Origin: Eledone cirrhosa
Lineage: Eukaryota
Reading direction: 5' to 3'
DNA length: 64,000 nucleotides
Assembly: GCA_964016885.1 (NCBI GenBank)
Contig: OZ024764.1
Span: forward strand, 2,666,001 to 2,730,000
Part shown: positions 24,292 to 36,927 of the stretch, piece by piece
Layout of the letters: every line of letters starts with the position of its first letter
Numbering within the stretch: position 1 is the first letter of the stretch
Program-made: the position numbers and the translations under genes
The notes under the pieces: generated by a model
What the model saw: the letters and a program-made list of their open reading frames with translations, nothing else
Told to the model about the DNA's origin: nothing
The model's database searches: none

Positions 24292-24483
24292 TAATTGTTT
24301 CTATTTTAGGCACAAGGCCAGCAATTACCCAGTACATTACTGGTACTTTATTTTATCGACCCCGTAAGGATGAAAGGCAAAGTTAACCTCGGCCGGATTT
24401 GAACTCAGATCGTAAAGGGACGTAACTCTATGCTGGAAAGCATGGCGTCCGACCCTCTACCGATACTGCCAATTCACCACCCT
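24292..24483 (-). mobile_element. Deu/Nin-domain-like tRNA SINE
   Basis: Same family as 6938-7102 and 32312-32500. Confidence 0.75.
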
Positions 24484-24510
24484 GATCGATCCAGACATAT
24501 ATATAGAGAT

Positions 24511-24745
24511 AATAGGAGAAAGTATGACCCCGACGTCAGAGCTCAAGCCATTTCGACGGTTATTTCTGGACGGCTATTTCTAGACTAAAAAAAACTCTTA
24601 CTTTAGCCCAGAAAAAGGCGTCGAAACGGCTTGAGCTCTGCGGTCGGGGTCATACTTTCTCCTATTACCCACTCTACTACCCTAAGTATTGAGTACTCTG
24701 GAGCGTTATGGTCCACCTGGTTCCTTACCACATTTCCTCCGTTAT
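24511..24745. mobile_element. foldback element between TA tracts
   Basis: Inverted repeat 24511-24558 / 24618-24666. Related inverted copies at about 5830-5950 and 61725-61877. Confidence 0.55.
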
Positions 24746-24840
24746 ATATATATATATATATATATATAGTACGTTATTCCGGGTTGAATCGGAGGTAACC
24801 ACAGTAAGTAAGGTACTCAATACATTGCAGAGTATAAAAA

Positions 24841-24964
24841 TTTTAATATAGATGAGATTCTACAGGACTAGAACTGTTTCATTCTTTAGAAATCATCAGG
24901 AATCCCTGATGATTTCTAAAGAATGAAACAGTTCTAGTCCTGTAGAATCTCATCTATATTAAAA
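24841..24964. repeat. near-perfect 124-bp palindrome with a hammerhead-like core
   Basis: ttttaatatagatgag...catcagg aatc cctgatg...ctcatctatattaaaa; contains CTGATGA..GAAAC..GTC but the stem I 5' strand is missing. Confidence 0.75.
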
Positions 24965-25294
24965 CTATATATATATATATGTGTTTGTGTCTATATTGTA
25001 TCTGTATTATTTTTGACCGCCGGTCAGTCAATGGCAACATTGAGGACCGAGTAAGTTAGATTGCAGATATAAAAGACAGCGAGAAGCGAAAACCCACCAA
25101 ACAGTGAGTGTGTTCTGTTATTAATTCTGGCAATATTACGCAAATATGACCCTCCCCAAATATAACAATATTTGTTTCGACACACGATTTCATATAAAAA
25201 ACCTCGCTAAACTAATATATATAGATAGATAGATACTATATATGTAGAGAGAGATTTTTGTCCCCGATCTATAGTAGATATGAAGTGTACTTAC

Positions 25295-25392
25295 TGTGAT
25301 AGCAACACAGAGTTGGTGACGGAAGGTGACAGATGTAAACAGAGGGTACGGAGTGTAGCCGGAGAGCCATATGATGGACCTTGCGAAGAAAC
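25295..25392 (-). CDS. GPR143: GPR143-like exon 2 (98 nt)
   Basis: tgtcacag|GT TTC...ATC ACA|gtaagt; encodes (G)FFARSIIWLSGYTPYPLFTSVTFRHQLCVAIT, cf. OA1 GMVIRSTVWLG...FCVGSA. In frame with exons 1 and 3. Confidence 0.88.
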
Positions 25393-25444
25393 CTGTGACA
25401 AGAGATTAGAGTAGGGCTTTTAAGGGGTCGCTACAGTGAAGAGT

Positions 25445-26650
25445 CGTAGTATAGTGTTGTGGGTCATAGAATAGTGTTGTGGGTCATAGAACTGTGTTGT
25501 GGGTCATAGAACAGTGTTGTGGGTCATAGTACAGTGTTGTGGGTCATAGAACTGTGTTGTGGGTCATAGAACAGTGCTGCAGATCATAGTACAGTGTTGT
25601 GGGTCATAGTATAGTGTTGTGGGTCATAGTATAGTGTTGTGGGTCATAGAACAGTGTTGTGGGTCATAGAACAGTGTTGTGGGTCATAGAACAGTGTTGT
25701 GGGTCATAGAACAGTGTTGTGGGTCATAGAACTGTGTTGTGGGTCATAGAACTGTGTTGAGGGTCATAGTACAGTGTTGTGGGTCATAATATAGTGTTGT
25801 GGGTCATAGAACAGTGTTGTGGGTCATAGTACAGTGTTGTGGGTCATAGAACAGAGCTGTGGATCATAAAACAGAGCTGTGAGAAAGGGAACATTGCTAG
25901 GGGTCATAGAAGAGAGGTGTGTGACAAGGTACAGGGTTTGGGGACAGAAAGAGATGAGCTGTGGGACAGGATATAGTGTTGTGGGTCATAGAACAGAGAT
26001 GTAGGACAGGATATAGTGTTGTGGGTCATAGAACTGAGCTGTGGGTCATAGAACAGAGCCGTGGGTCACAAAACATAGTTGTGGGACAGGATATAGTGTT
26101 GTGGGTCATAGAACTGAGCTGTGAGTCATAGAACAGAGCCGTGAGTCACAGAACAGAGCTGTGGGACAGGATATAGTGTTGTGGGTCACAGAACTGAACT
26201 GTGGGTCATAGAACAGAGCTGTGGGTCATAGAACAGAGTTGTCGGTCATAGAACAGAGCTGTGGGTCATACGTAGAACAGAGCTGTGGGTCATAGAACAG
26301 AGCTGTGGGTCACAGAACAGAGCTGTGGGACAGGATATAGTGTTGTGGGTCATATAACTGAGCTGTGGGTCATAGAACAGAGCTGTGGGTCATAGAACAG
26401 AGCTGTGGGTCATAGAACAGAGCTGTGGGTCACAGAACAGAGTTGTGGGACAGGATATAGTGTTGTGGGTCATAGAACTGAGCTGTGGGTCATAGAACAG
26501 AGCTGTGGGTCATAGATAGATCAGAGCTGTAGGTCATAGAACAGAGCTGTGGGTCATACACAGAACAGAGCTGTGGGTCATACACAGAACAGAGCTGTGG
26601 GTCATACACAGAAGAGAGCTGTGGGTCATACATAGAACAGAGCTGTGCGT
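25445..26650. repeat. 20-bp minisatellite (gggtcatagaacagtgttgt / gagctgt variants)
   Basis: Exact 20-bp periodicity; fills most of GPR143 intron 1. Confidence 0.92.
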
Positions 26651-26694
26651 CAAACAAAGAAGAGAGAATGGTGGAGGGTGCTAGTGGTACTTAC

Positions 26695-26956
26695 CTAGTA
26701 CCATGAGAATATCGACCACTGCCAGCCACTGTATGGTCTCGTTGAGGGGGTAGAGTTTCAGGCCTGGGACGAGCATCGTCTGTCGGTGGTGACGGCGGGA
26801 CAGAAGGATGAACGCTGCACCGACCAGACTGACCGATGATGAGGCCAGGCAGATCCCGTTGAAGATGGAGCTGGTCACTATCTCGTCCTCTCCCTCTGCA
26901 TTTGACCGTCCGGTCCCTTTCAGGCAGCAGATGGCAGCAAACTCTGGTGATGTCAT
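26695..26956 (-). CDS. GPR143: GPR143/OA1-like GPCR, coding exon 1 (262 nt)
   Basis: [11 protein letters not shown]...[21 protein letters not shown]...[14 protein letters not shown] resembles the OA1 N-terminus (MASPRLGTFCC, TM1, TM2). Donor G|gtaagt, phase 1. Confidence 0.88.
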
Positions 26957-27459
26957 CTTCTTAGTGTGTGAGTGTGTGGGGGGGTGGGGTGGGGGTGAGT
27001 GGGGGTGTGTGTGAGTGTGTGTAGGTGTGAGTGGGTGTGGGTGTGTGAGTGGGTGGGTGTGGGAGTGTGTGTGAGAGTGTGTGTGGGTGTGTGTGGGTGT
27101 GTGTGGGTGTGAGAGTGTGTGTGAGAGTGTGTGTGAGAGTGCGTGTGGGTGTGTGTGAGAGTGTGTGTGGGTGTGAGTGTGTGAGTGTGTGTGTGAGTGT
27201 GTGTGAGAGTGTGTGTGTGGGTGTGAGTGTATGAGTGTGTGTGTGTGTGTGTGTGAATATGTATGTATATATATATATATGTGTGTGTGTGTGTAAATAT
27301 GTGTATATATATGTATATATATATATATGTATATATGTATATATATGTATGTGTGTGTAGATATGTGTATATATATATGTATATATATGTATATATATAT
27401 ATATGTATATATGTATATATGTATATATATGTGTGTGTGTGTGTAGATATGTGTATATA

Positions 27460-27506
<47 letters not shown>

Positions 27507-27661
27507 GTATATATATGTATATGTATATATATATATATGTATATATATATATGTGGGTGGGTGAAGTGGAGTGAGGGTGAGTATTATCAGGAATCACATC
27601 CAGCCCCTGCTGCCCCACCACCTCTTCCTCCCTCTGTGACACACACCACACCACACCTCAC

Positions 27662-27705
27662 CTACAGGTCACTGGTCCTCACAAGCAGATCTTCAGAAAA
27701 GGTAC
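27662..27705 (-). other. candidate non-coding (5'UTR) exon
   Basis: Unique-sequence island bounded by ccattgcag| and TAG|gtgagg on the minus strand. Confidence 0.35.
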
Positions 27706-27734
27706 CTGCAATGGATTTGATATATAAGAGAAAG

Positions 27735-28378
27735 TAGTATAATAATGAAATTATTGTGTAAAGTGCTCAGGTGCACTACAACTCATCAAAGGTGCATGTA
27801 TAGTACATAGAATAATACACAAATGTCAGGGAAGTATATGTGTGTATGTGTTAGCTGTAGTGTTGGCAGATCTTGGGAAGCATGGAGGCCTTAAAGGATG
27901 CAGTGTCTCGACAGCTAACAACTGATGCAGGTAGTTTGTTCCATGGAGGTTTTAAAGGATGTAGTGTCTCGACAGCTAATAACTGATGCAGGTAGTTTGT
28001 TCCATGGAGGTTTTAAAGGATGTAGTGTCTCGACAGCTAACAACTGATGCAGGTAGTTTGTTCCATGGAGGTTTTAAAGGATGCAGTGTCTCGACAGCTA
28101 ACAACTGATGTAGGTAGTTTGTTCCATGGAGGTTTTAAAGGATGCAGTGTCTCGACAGCTAACAACTGATGCTGGTAGTTTGTTCCATGGAGGTTTTAAA
28201 GGATGCAGTGTCTCGACAGCTAACAACTGATGCTGGTAGTTTGTTCCATGGAGGTTTTAAAGGATGCAGTGTCTCGACAGCTAACAACTGATGCAGGTAG
28301 TTTGTTCCATGGAGGCCTTAAAGGATGCAGTGTCTCGACAGCTAACAACTGATGCAGGTAGTTTGTTCCATGCTTCAT
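27735..28378 (-). mobile_element. CR1/L2-like LINE 3' end with a 61-bp array (x8) at its 5' edge
   Basis: Minus strand encodes WNKLPASVVSCRDTASFKAS..., the typical WNxLP..FK ORF2 terminus. Confidence 0.7.
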
Positions 28379-28775
28379 GTAAACAAACATCCCGAATTAA
28401 GCTGTAGTGTTTAGCAACCATCGTCGCCTTTTTGTTCAACACTGACAAAGGAACGCTGTACTAGTTTCAAGCTTATTAGCTATTGTCAGCATTGTATACC
28501 TTCCTGTCAGATGATTGAACGTTTGAAATTATATACTTTCCTTATGCATATTCACGGCTGAGCAGCCTAATTTGCCTATCGGGTGAGTTAATTGGCCGGG
28601 CGCACCGACAACGATAAATGGAAAAGAATGAAACAAAATTTAATTTCTCACTCTTAGTACGGCACTTACTTAAATATAAGTATGTATACGTACATACATA
28701 TATGTATACAGACGTACAGTAGTATGTATATATATATACATACATGCACACATATATATATGTACGTATGGGTTT
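28379..28775 (-). mobile_element. Penelope-like terminal repeat with mutated hammerhead (28453-28495)
   Basis: Homologous to about 55800-56185; core reads CTGACAA instead of CTGACGA. Confidence 0.6.
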
Positions 28776-28819
28776 AATGACTATGTTTTATAAATATAGT
28801 TTCCATTTCTTAATATCAT

Positions 28820-28883
<64 letters not shown>

Positions 28884-29077
28884 TATAAATGACGAAGGAC
28901 TGTGACAAGTGGAGAGATACTGTGCTAAATAGGACCTTGCAAGCAGGGACAAGCGGACATAAAATGATGATGATGATGATATATATATAAGAGAAGGTAT
29001 GGTTAAATACCAGGTGGACCATCTTTGATCATAGGTCTACTGGATAAGGTCGGACCTGGGGTTAAACAACAAGGAAT

Positions 29078-29742
29078 GACACATTAGATAATGTAGTCCT
29101 AGGTACACTGTGTCTGTATATAAGACAGGACACATTAGATAATGTAGTCCTAGATATACTGTGTCTGTATATAAGACAGGACACATTAGATAGTGTAGTC
29201 CTAGGTACACTGTGTCTGTATATAAGTCAGGACACATTAGATAATGTAGTCCTAGGTACACTGTGTCTGTATATAAGACAGGACACATTAGATAATGTAG
29301 TCCTAGGTACACTGTGTCTGTATATAAGACAGGACACATTAGATAATGTAGTCCTAGATATACTGTGTCTGTATATAAGACAGGACACATTAGATAGTGT
29401 AGTCCTAGGTACACTGTGTCTGTATATAAGTCAGGACACATTAGATAATGTAGTCCTAGGTACACTGTGTCTGTATATAAGACAGGACACATTAGATAAT
29501 GTAGTCCTAGGTACACTGTGTCTGTATATAAGACAGGACACATTAGATAGTGTAGTCCTAGGTACACTGTGTCTGTATATAAGACAGGACACATTAGATA
29601 GTGTAGTCCTAGATATACTGTGTCTGTATATAAGACAGGACACATTAGATAGTGTAGTCCTAGGTACACTGTGTCTGTATATAAGACAGGACACATTAGA
29701 TAATGTAGTCCTAGGTACACTGTGTCTGTATATATGACAGGA
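29078..29742. repeat. 51-bp minisatellite (about 13 copies) between duplicated about 55-bp flanks
   Basis: 17-aa periodic ORF; catctttgatcataggtctactggat..taaacaacaa at about 29020 and about 29758. Confidence 0.9.
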
Positions 29743-30094
29743 TGGTCACAGTTGGAACATCTTTGATCATAGGTCTACTGGATCATGACTGGCCCAGGGC
29801 TAAACAACAACAACAACAACAATAATAATAAAAACAACAGCAATATTTCTATTTACCGAGATTTACATTAAAATCCAAAAGTAGTTTTCTTCCATAGCTG
29901 GTAACAAACTGAAGCCAGGGTGTATATTTATATATATCTCTATATATATGCATGTATATACAGTGTATATATAGTGTGTATACAGGGTGAGTGTGTGTAG
30001 AATATATACACTCGGTGTGGAATTGCCGAGGATCTTGATGGTACTGACAATATTTGAAAGGAGCATTTCATTCTGATACCAGCTGACTAAATGT

Positions 30095-31065
30095 ATGTGG
30101 GTGGTGGTGTGATGGTGGTGTGGTGGTGGTGTGGTGGTGGTGTGGGGGTGGAGTGGTGGGGGTGGGGGGATGTGGGATGGGGTGGGAGTGTATGGTGTAG
30201 TGTATATAGACATTGGAGTGTGGTGATCACCACCAACACCATCACCACTACACCCCCCCCCACCCCCACCACCATCAACACCACACCACAACAACCACCA
30301 CCACCATCATCAACACCACCACCACCACACCACCACCACCACACCAACACCACCACCAACAGCACACCACCACCAACACCACCACACCACCACCACCACA
30401 CCACCACCACACCACACCACACCACCACCACCACCAACACCACACCACCACCACACCACCACCAACACCACCTCAACACCACCACCACCACCACCACACC
30501 ACCACCACCACCCCAACACCACAACAACCCACCACCAACACCACACCACCACCACAACACCACCACCACCATCACCACAACCACCACCATCACCACACCA
30601 ACAACACCACCACCACCACCACAACAACCACCACCACCAACACCACACCACCAACACCACCACCACCACAACAACCACCACACCACACCACCACCACACC
30701 ACCACCACCACCACAACAACCACCACCACCAACACCACACCAACAACACCACCACCACCACAACAACCACCACACCACACCACCACCACACCACCACCAA
30801 CACCACAACAACCACCACCACCAACACCACCAACACCACCACCACCACAACAACCACCACACCACACCACCACCACACCACCACCACCACCACACCACCA
30901 CCACCAACACCACACCACCACAACCAACAGTACACCACCACCAACACCACCACCACCACCACCACCACACCACCACCATCACCAACACCACACCACCACA
31001 ACCACCACCACCAACAGTACACCACCACCAACACCACCACCACCACCGCCACCACAACCACCATC
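30095..31065. repeat. GGT/CAC-rich trinucleotide low-complexity tract
   Basis: (GGT)n followed by (CAC/AAC)n. Confidence 0.9.
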
Positions 31066-31125
31066 ATTATTGTAAAATGACAATTATAAATTTATGTCAT
31101 TATTTGCAACACAAAAAGACTTCTT

Positions 31126-32226
31126 TGATGTCATGATAAAATACACCCAGTACACTCTGTAAAGTGGTAGTACTGGTGTCATGATAAAATACACCCAGTA
31201 CACTCTGTAAAGTGGTAGTGTTGGTGTCATGATAAAATACACCCAATACACTTTGTAAAGTGGTAGTGTTGGTGTCATGATAAAATACACCCAGTACACT
31301 CTGTAAAGTGGTAGTGTTGGTGTCATGATAAAATACACCCAATACACTCTGTAAAGTGGTAGTTTTGGTGTCATGATATAATACACCCAGTACACTCTGT
31401 AAAGTGGTAGTGTTGGTGTCATGATATAATACACCCAGGACACTCTGTAAAGTGGTAGTGTTGGTGTCATGATAAAATACACCCAGTACACTCTGTAAAG
31501 TGGTAGTGTTGGTGTCATGATAAAATACACCCAATACACTCTGTAAAGTGGTAGTTTTGGTGTCATGATATAATACACCCAGTACACTCTGTAAAGTGGT
31601 AGTGTTGGTGTCAGGATAAAATACACCCAGTACACTCTGTAAAGTGGTAGTGTTGGTGTCATGATAAAATACACCCAATACACTCTGTAAAGTGGTAGTG
31701 TTGGTGTCATGATATAATACACCCAGGACACTCTGTAAAGTGGTAGTGTTGGTGTCCTGATATAATACACCCAGTACACTCTGTAAAGTGGTAGTGTTGG
31801 TGTCATGATAAAATACACCCAGTACACTCTGTAAAGTGGTAGTGTTGGTGTCATGATAAAATACACCCAATACACTCTGTAAAGTGGTAGTTTTGGTGTC
31901 ATGATATAATACACCCAGTACACTCTGTAAAGTGGTAGTGTTGGTGTCAGGATAAAATACACCCAGTACACTCTGTAAAGTGGTAGTGTTGGTGTCATGA
32001 TAAAATACACCCAATACACTCTGTAAAGTGGTAGTGTTGGTGTCATGATATAATACACCCAGGACACTCTGTAAAGTGGTAGTGTTGGTGTCCTGATATA
32101 ATACACCCAGTACACTCTGTAAAGTGGTAGTGTTGGTGTCATGATAAAATACAGCCAGTACACTCTGTAAAGTGGTAGTGTTGGTGTCATGATAAAATAC
32201 ACCCAGTACACTCTGTAAAGTGGTGG
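31126..32226 (+). repeat. 48-bp minisatellite (about 23 copies)
   Basis: Unit cacccagtacactctgtaaagtggtagtgttggtgtcatgataaaata, homologous to the 42585 and 49556 unit. Confidence 0.92.
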
Positions 32227-32311
32227 GTGAAAGGATTGGCATCTAAGTAAACAACAACAACAACAACAACAACAACACAGTAATGTTGACAACCACTGCC
32301 ACCACTGATAA

Positions 32312-32500
32312 ATAATTGTTTCTACTATTGGCACAAGGCCAGCAATTACCCAGTGTATTACTGGTACTTTATTTTATCGACCCTGTAAGGATGAAAGGCA
32401 AAGTCAACCTCGGCGGGATTTGAACTCAGACCATAAAGGGCCGTAACTCTATGCTGGAAAGCATGGCATCCGACCCTCTACCGATACTGCCAATTCACTG
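32312..32500 (-). mobile_element. Deu/Nin-domain-like tRNA SINE
   Basis: Same family as 24292-24483. Confidence 0.75.
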
Positions 32501-32871
32501 CACGATGATGATGGTGATGGTGGTGGTGATGGTGATGATGGTGGTGATGGTGGTGGTGATGATGGTGATGATGATGGTGATGTTGATGATGTTGATGATG
32601 ATGATGATGATCATGGTGTTGATGATGATAATGATGATGATGGTGATGGTGGTGATGATAATGATAATGATAATGATGGTGGTGATGATAATGATAGTGG
32701 TGGTGGTGGTGGTGGTGATAATGATAATGATAATGTTGATGATGATGATAGTGGTGGTGGTGGTGGTGGTGATAATGATAATGATGATGATGATGGAGGT
32801 GGTGGTGGTGGAGGTGGTGGTGGTGCTAGGTGTGTTTGCCAGTGTCAGCCACACCACACCACACAGGCTAC

Positions 32872-32951
32872 CTTGTGTCATGAAAGACTAAATAATCCGT
32901 CATTTATCTAGATGACATTGTGTGAGGACAGTGAATACGACACATGACACC
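32872..32951 (-). other. candidate non-coding exon
   Basis: Strong acceptor ctctctgtctctcctattcaaccag|, weaker donor AAG|gtagcc. Stops occur in all three frames. Confidence 0.35.
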
Positions 32952-33039
32952 CTGGTTGAATAGGAGAGACAGAGAGAGGGGGGGGAGTGGGGATGGGGGG
33001 GGTGTGGCTACAGCCACTCACATATATATATGTGTATCA

Positions 33040-33381
33040 TCATCATCATCATCATCATTTTACGTCCGCTTTTCCCTGCTTGCAAGGGTAGGACGGGAAC
33101 TGATTCTGGCTTGATTTCTACAGCTGGATGCCCTTCCTAACACCAACCTCATTCACAGTGAGTGCTGGGTGCTTTTTTACCGTGGCACCTCCACGACCAC
33201 TTTACAGTGGAATGATAGGGACCTGAGTCCCTATCATCTCATTTCTACAGCTGAGTAAACTGGAGCAATGTGAAATAAAGTGTCTTGCTCAAGGACACAA
33301 CACATCACCCGGTCTGAGAATTGAACTCACAACCTTTCGATTGCAAGGCCAATGCTCTAACCACTAAGCCATGTGCCTCCA
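33040..33381 (-). mobile_element. SINE family A
   Basis: Reverse complement of the 3368 element. Confidence 0.85.
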
Positions 33382-33459
33382 TATATATATATATAGGTAG
33401 ATAGATATATGGGTATCTCTAGAGAGAGAGAGAGACATTCCCACACACACACACACACA

Positions 33460-33491
<32 letters not shown>

Positions 33492-33549
33492 TAATATCGT
33501 ATATATATATATATAATATATATATAATATCGTATATATATATATATAT

Positions 33550-33955
33550 ATCATCATCATCATCATCATCAACGTTTAACGTCCGTGTTCCACGCTTGCA
33601 TGGGTTTGGACGGGGGTAGTCCCACTTGAGGCAAGAGTGATTGTCTTGCTCGCATAGGACTGTCTGGCAGGTTTTCTACAGTTGGATGCCCTTCCTAACA
33701 CCAACCACATTTACAGTGTGGGGCTGGGAGGTTTTTACCGTCTTGCCTACACGGCCACATTACAGCGTGGACTGTGTGTTTCTTTGTCGTGACACCTACA
33801 CGATCTCATTTGTTTCGGCCTCGATGGCGCGGCACCAACATAACTTTACATAGAACGGGGTGGTGTGGATGGGGTGGGGGTGGTGGTGGTGGGACGGGGT
33901 GTATTTTGTTAGAGATGCCTACTGGCTGGAGTAGGTTTTACTATATATTTAGGTA
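33550..33955 (-). mobile_element. RTE LINE 3'UTR (single-module form)
   Basis: Reverse complement of 38625-39130 with one 112-bp unit. Confidence 0.82.
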
Positions 33956-33968
33956 TATATATAATATC

Positions 33969-34007
<39 letters not shown>

Positions 34008-34008
34008 C

Positions 34009-34045
<37 letters not shown>

Positions 34046-34046
34046 C

Positions 34047-34083
<37 letters not shown>

Positions 34084-34085
34084 CG

Positions 34086-34151
<66 letters not shown>

Positions 34152-34152
34152 C

Positions 34153-34197
<45 letters not shown>

Positions 34198-34198
34198 C

Positions 34199-34241
<43 letters not shown>

Positions 34242-34242
34242 C

Positions 34243-34277
<35 letters not shown>

Positions 34278-34290
34278 CGTATATATATAT

Positions 34291-34359
<69 letters not shown>

Positions 34360-34363
<4 letters not shown>

Positions 34364-34692
34364 CACATGGCTTAGTGGTTAGAGCATTGGCCTTGCAATC
34401 GAAAGGCTGTGAGTTCAATTCTCAGACCGGGTGGTGTGTTGTTTCCTTGAGCAAGACACTTTATTTCACATTGCTCCAGTTTACTCAGCTGTAGAAATGA
34501 GATGATAGGGACTGGGGTCCCTATCATTCCACTGCAAAGTGGTCGTGGAGGGGCCATGGCAAAAAAGCACCCAGCACTCACTGTAAATGAGGTTGGTGTT
34601 AGGTAGGGCATCCAGCTGTAGAAATCAAGCCACAATCAGTTCCCGTCCCACCCTTGCAAGCAGGGAAAAGTGGACGTAAAATGATGATGATG
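34360..34692 (+). mobile_element. SINE family A
   Basis: Same as 3368-3695; both follow a (GA)n tract. Confidence 0.85.
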
Positions 34693-34801
34693 ATATATAT
34701 ATATATGTGTGTTTATATATGTGTGTGTGTGTATATATATATATGTATGTGTGTGTATATATATATGTGTGTGTGTGTATATATATATATGTGTGTATAT
34801 A

Positions 34802-34857
<56 letters not shown>

Positions 34858-34873
34858 CATACATATATATATA

Positions 34874-34913
<40 letters not shown>

Positions 34914-35474
34914 CATGTGTGTGTGTGCATACATATATATATATGTGTGTGTGTGTGTAATATTTGTTTAGCAACCATCACTCATAGACTTATATTGTAT
35001 AGAAATGTGTTAAAGAATGAACTTTTGATAAAATTCTTCACTCCTTTTCTATACTTCACACCTACTGTTTGTTTTTCCTATACATTAAATATAATAACAT
35101 ATATATATGATGGCTGCCCCCTCGTTATCGAGTATGGCCATTGCACAATATACCATTATTAATAATTATCAATTAATTCTATCGTGCAATGCCTGTGTGT
35201 GAAGATATGTTTTAAAGTGAGGAAAGACTGTGCACTGAGCCAATCCCACTCTCTGAGAGACAGTAGCTATAACCTGAAAAGAAGAAAAGATCAACATCAT
35301 CTGTAACTACTGAGCCGCAGGTTTTATATGGGAGTTATCCCAGTTTCCTGAGTTACCTTCTCCTAGAAGAAGGCCCTGACAAAGGCTAGGGGTCCTTCAC
35401 TCCTAGTGGTTTAACCGCGCGATTGGGTATCCAGCCCGACTATTTCTATGTCCCAGCGCATATACATACATATG

Positions 35475-35514
<40 letters not shown>

Positions 35515-35665
35515 ACAAATAGTCTTCACATTTATTATTATTACTATATATATATATATATATATATCTAGGGAGTGTAACTTGGAGTTACTGTAGGTTC
35601 ACCCGGGAGAGCACTCAGTGTTTAGGTTCACTTCAGTGTCGAGGTGTAGAGCTATACATAGTGTA

Positions 35666-35923
35666 TTATATTGAAAAGATAACAAGGACAATTGGTTACT
35701 CCTTCATTACATTTATTGGTAGGTGACACGTGTTTCACCACTGATCAGCTCAAGGTTCGATGTGTATTGATTCCACCCGACTCTGTAATCTGCGCAGATT
35801 ACAGAGTCGGGTGGAATCGATACACATCGAACCTTGAGCTGATCAGTGCTGATCAGTGGTGAAACACGTGTCACCTACCAATAAACGTAATGAAGGAGTA
35901 ACCAATTGTCCTTGTTATCTTTT

Positions 35924-35930
<7 letters not shown>
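35666..35930. repeat. near-perfect palindrome (about 125-bp arms) centred on TGCGCA
   Basis: Centre 35791-35796. Contains GAAA CACGTG TC followed shortly by AATAAA, i.e. the 3' half of a Penelope-type hammerhead. Confidence 0.85.
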
Positions 35931-35972
<42 letters not shown>

Positions 35973-36411
35973 TTTTCTGTAACATCGTGATTGTTCCCTG
36001 TACCAATAAAGTTTTTTTGGGTATTATTGTATTATTGTATTATATTTCCCCATTTATTATGTAACCCAATATGAACCATGTTGTACATATTGATTATGGT
36101 AATTGTTAATATAATGTTAACAACTTATCATTGTATTTCACTGTGACATCTATATTGTTTCTGTAAATTAACCGGAGATTATATATATTCTTATTTTATA
36201 CATATTCTACTTTATTATATTGTATTATATTATATAATTTTGTTGTTTATTATTTATTATAAGTGTTTCTTGTAATTATTGCCCCATGTATATTGGGTAG
36301 ATGTATTAGCATTATTTCCACTATTACCATGCTTATTTTTAATATTTTTGATGTTTAAACTTCCAATAGGGCTTAATTTCTGTGTAATGGAAAATAGATA
36401 TGTGTATTGTA

Positions 36412-36447
<36 letters not shown>

Positions 36448-36771
36448 ACATATATACATGTATATATTGTACCTTTTGATTTTTGATTTGGAATTTCAGT
36501 GTTGGTATAGATATATTATTATTATAATGTATTATACTGTGTTATATATAATTCCTGTTCTATATAACCAAATTTGTTTAGATTTAAGTTGGTGACTTTG
36601 GACTATATTTGTAATATGGTTCTTAATGTTATCTACATCCTTAGTTATTATAATTTTATTAGTTTTATCTTCATTTTTATTATCGTATATCCTTGTAAGA
36701 CATTAGTGTATGTAAACTCCATATTCTTCAGAGTTTCTGGCTTGTATCTGCCGAAATTACCTCTTGTTGTT

Positions 36772-36820
36772 TTGATTGCCCTGATGAGTCCTTAATAGGA
36801 CGAAACATTGTCGGCTAATA
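36772..36820 (+). ncRNA. canonical type I minimal hammerhead ribozyme
   Basis: GCC CTGATGA GTCCT-TAAT-AGGAC GAAA CATTG TC GGC: full consensus core, G-C closing pair, GUC triplet, followed by AATAAA. Confidence 0.82.
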
Positions 36821-36927
36821 AAAACTTTTGATGTATTAAAGGATTCTTTGTTTTACTCTCTTAATATATATATATATATATATATATTAAAATATAAATA
36901 TTAATAAAATAGATGTTCTTTTGATCA

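Noticed and set aside
29037-29720. 227-aa ORF with 17-aa periodicity
   Set aside because: 51-bp minisatellite with no supporting gene structure.
30087-31136. His/Thr/Pro- or Val/Trp-rich ORFs (mucin- or extensin-like)
   Set aside because: Open in nearly all frames on both strands because of CAC/GGT microsatellite.
31084-32334. 416-aa and 380-aa periodic ORFs
   Set aside because: 48-bp minisatellite read-through.
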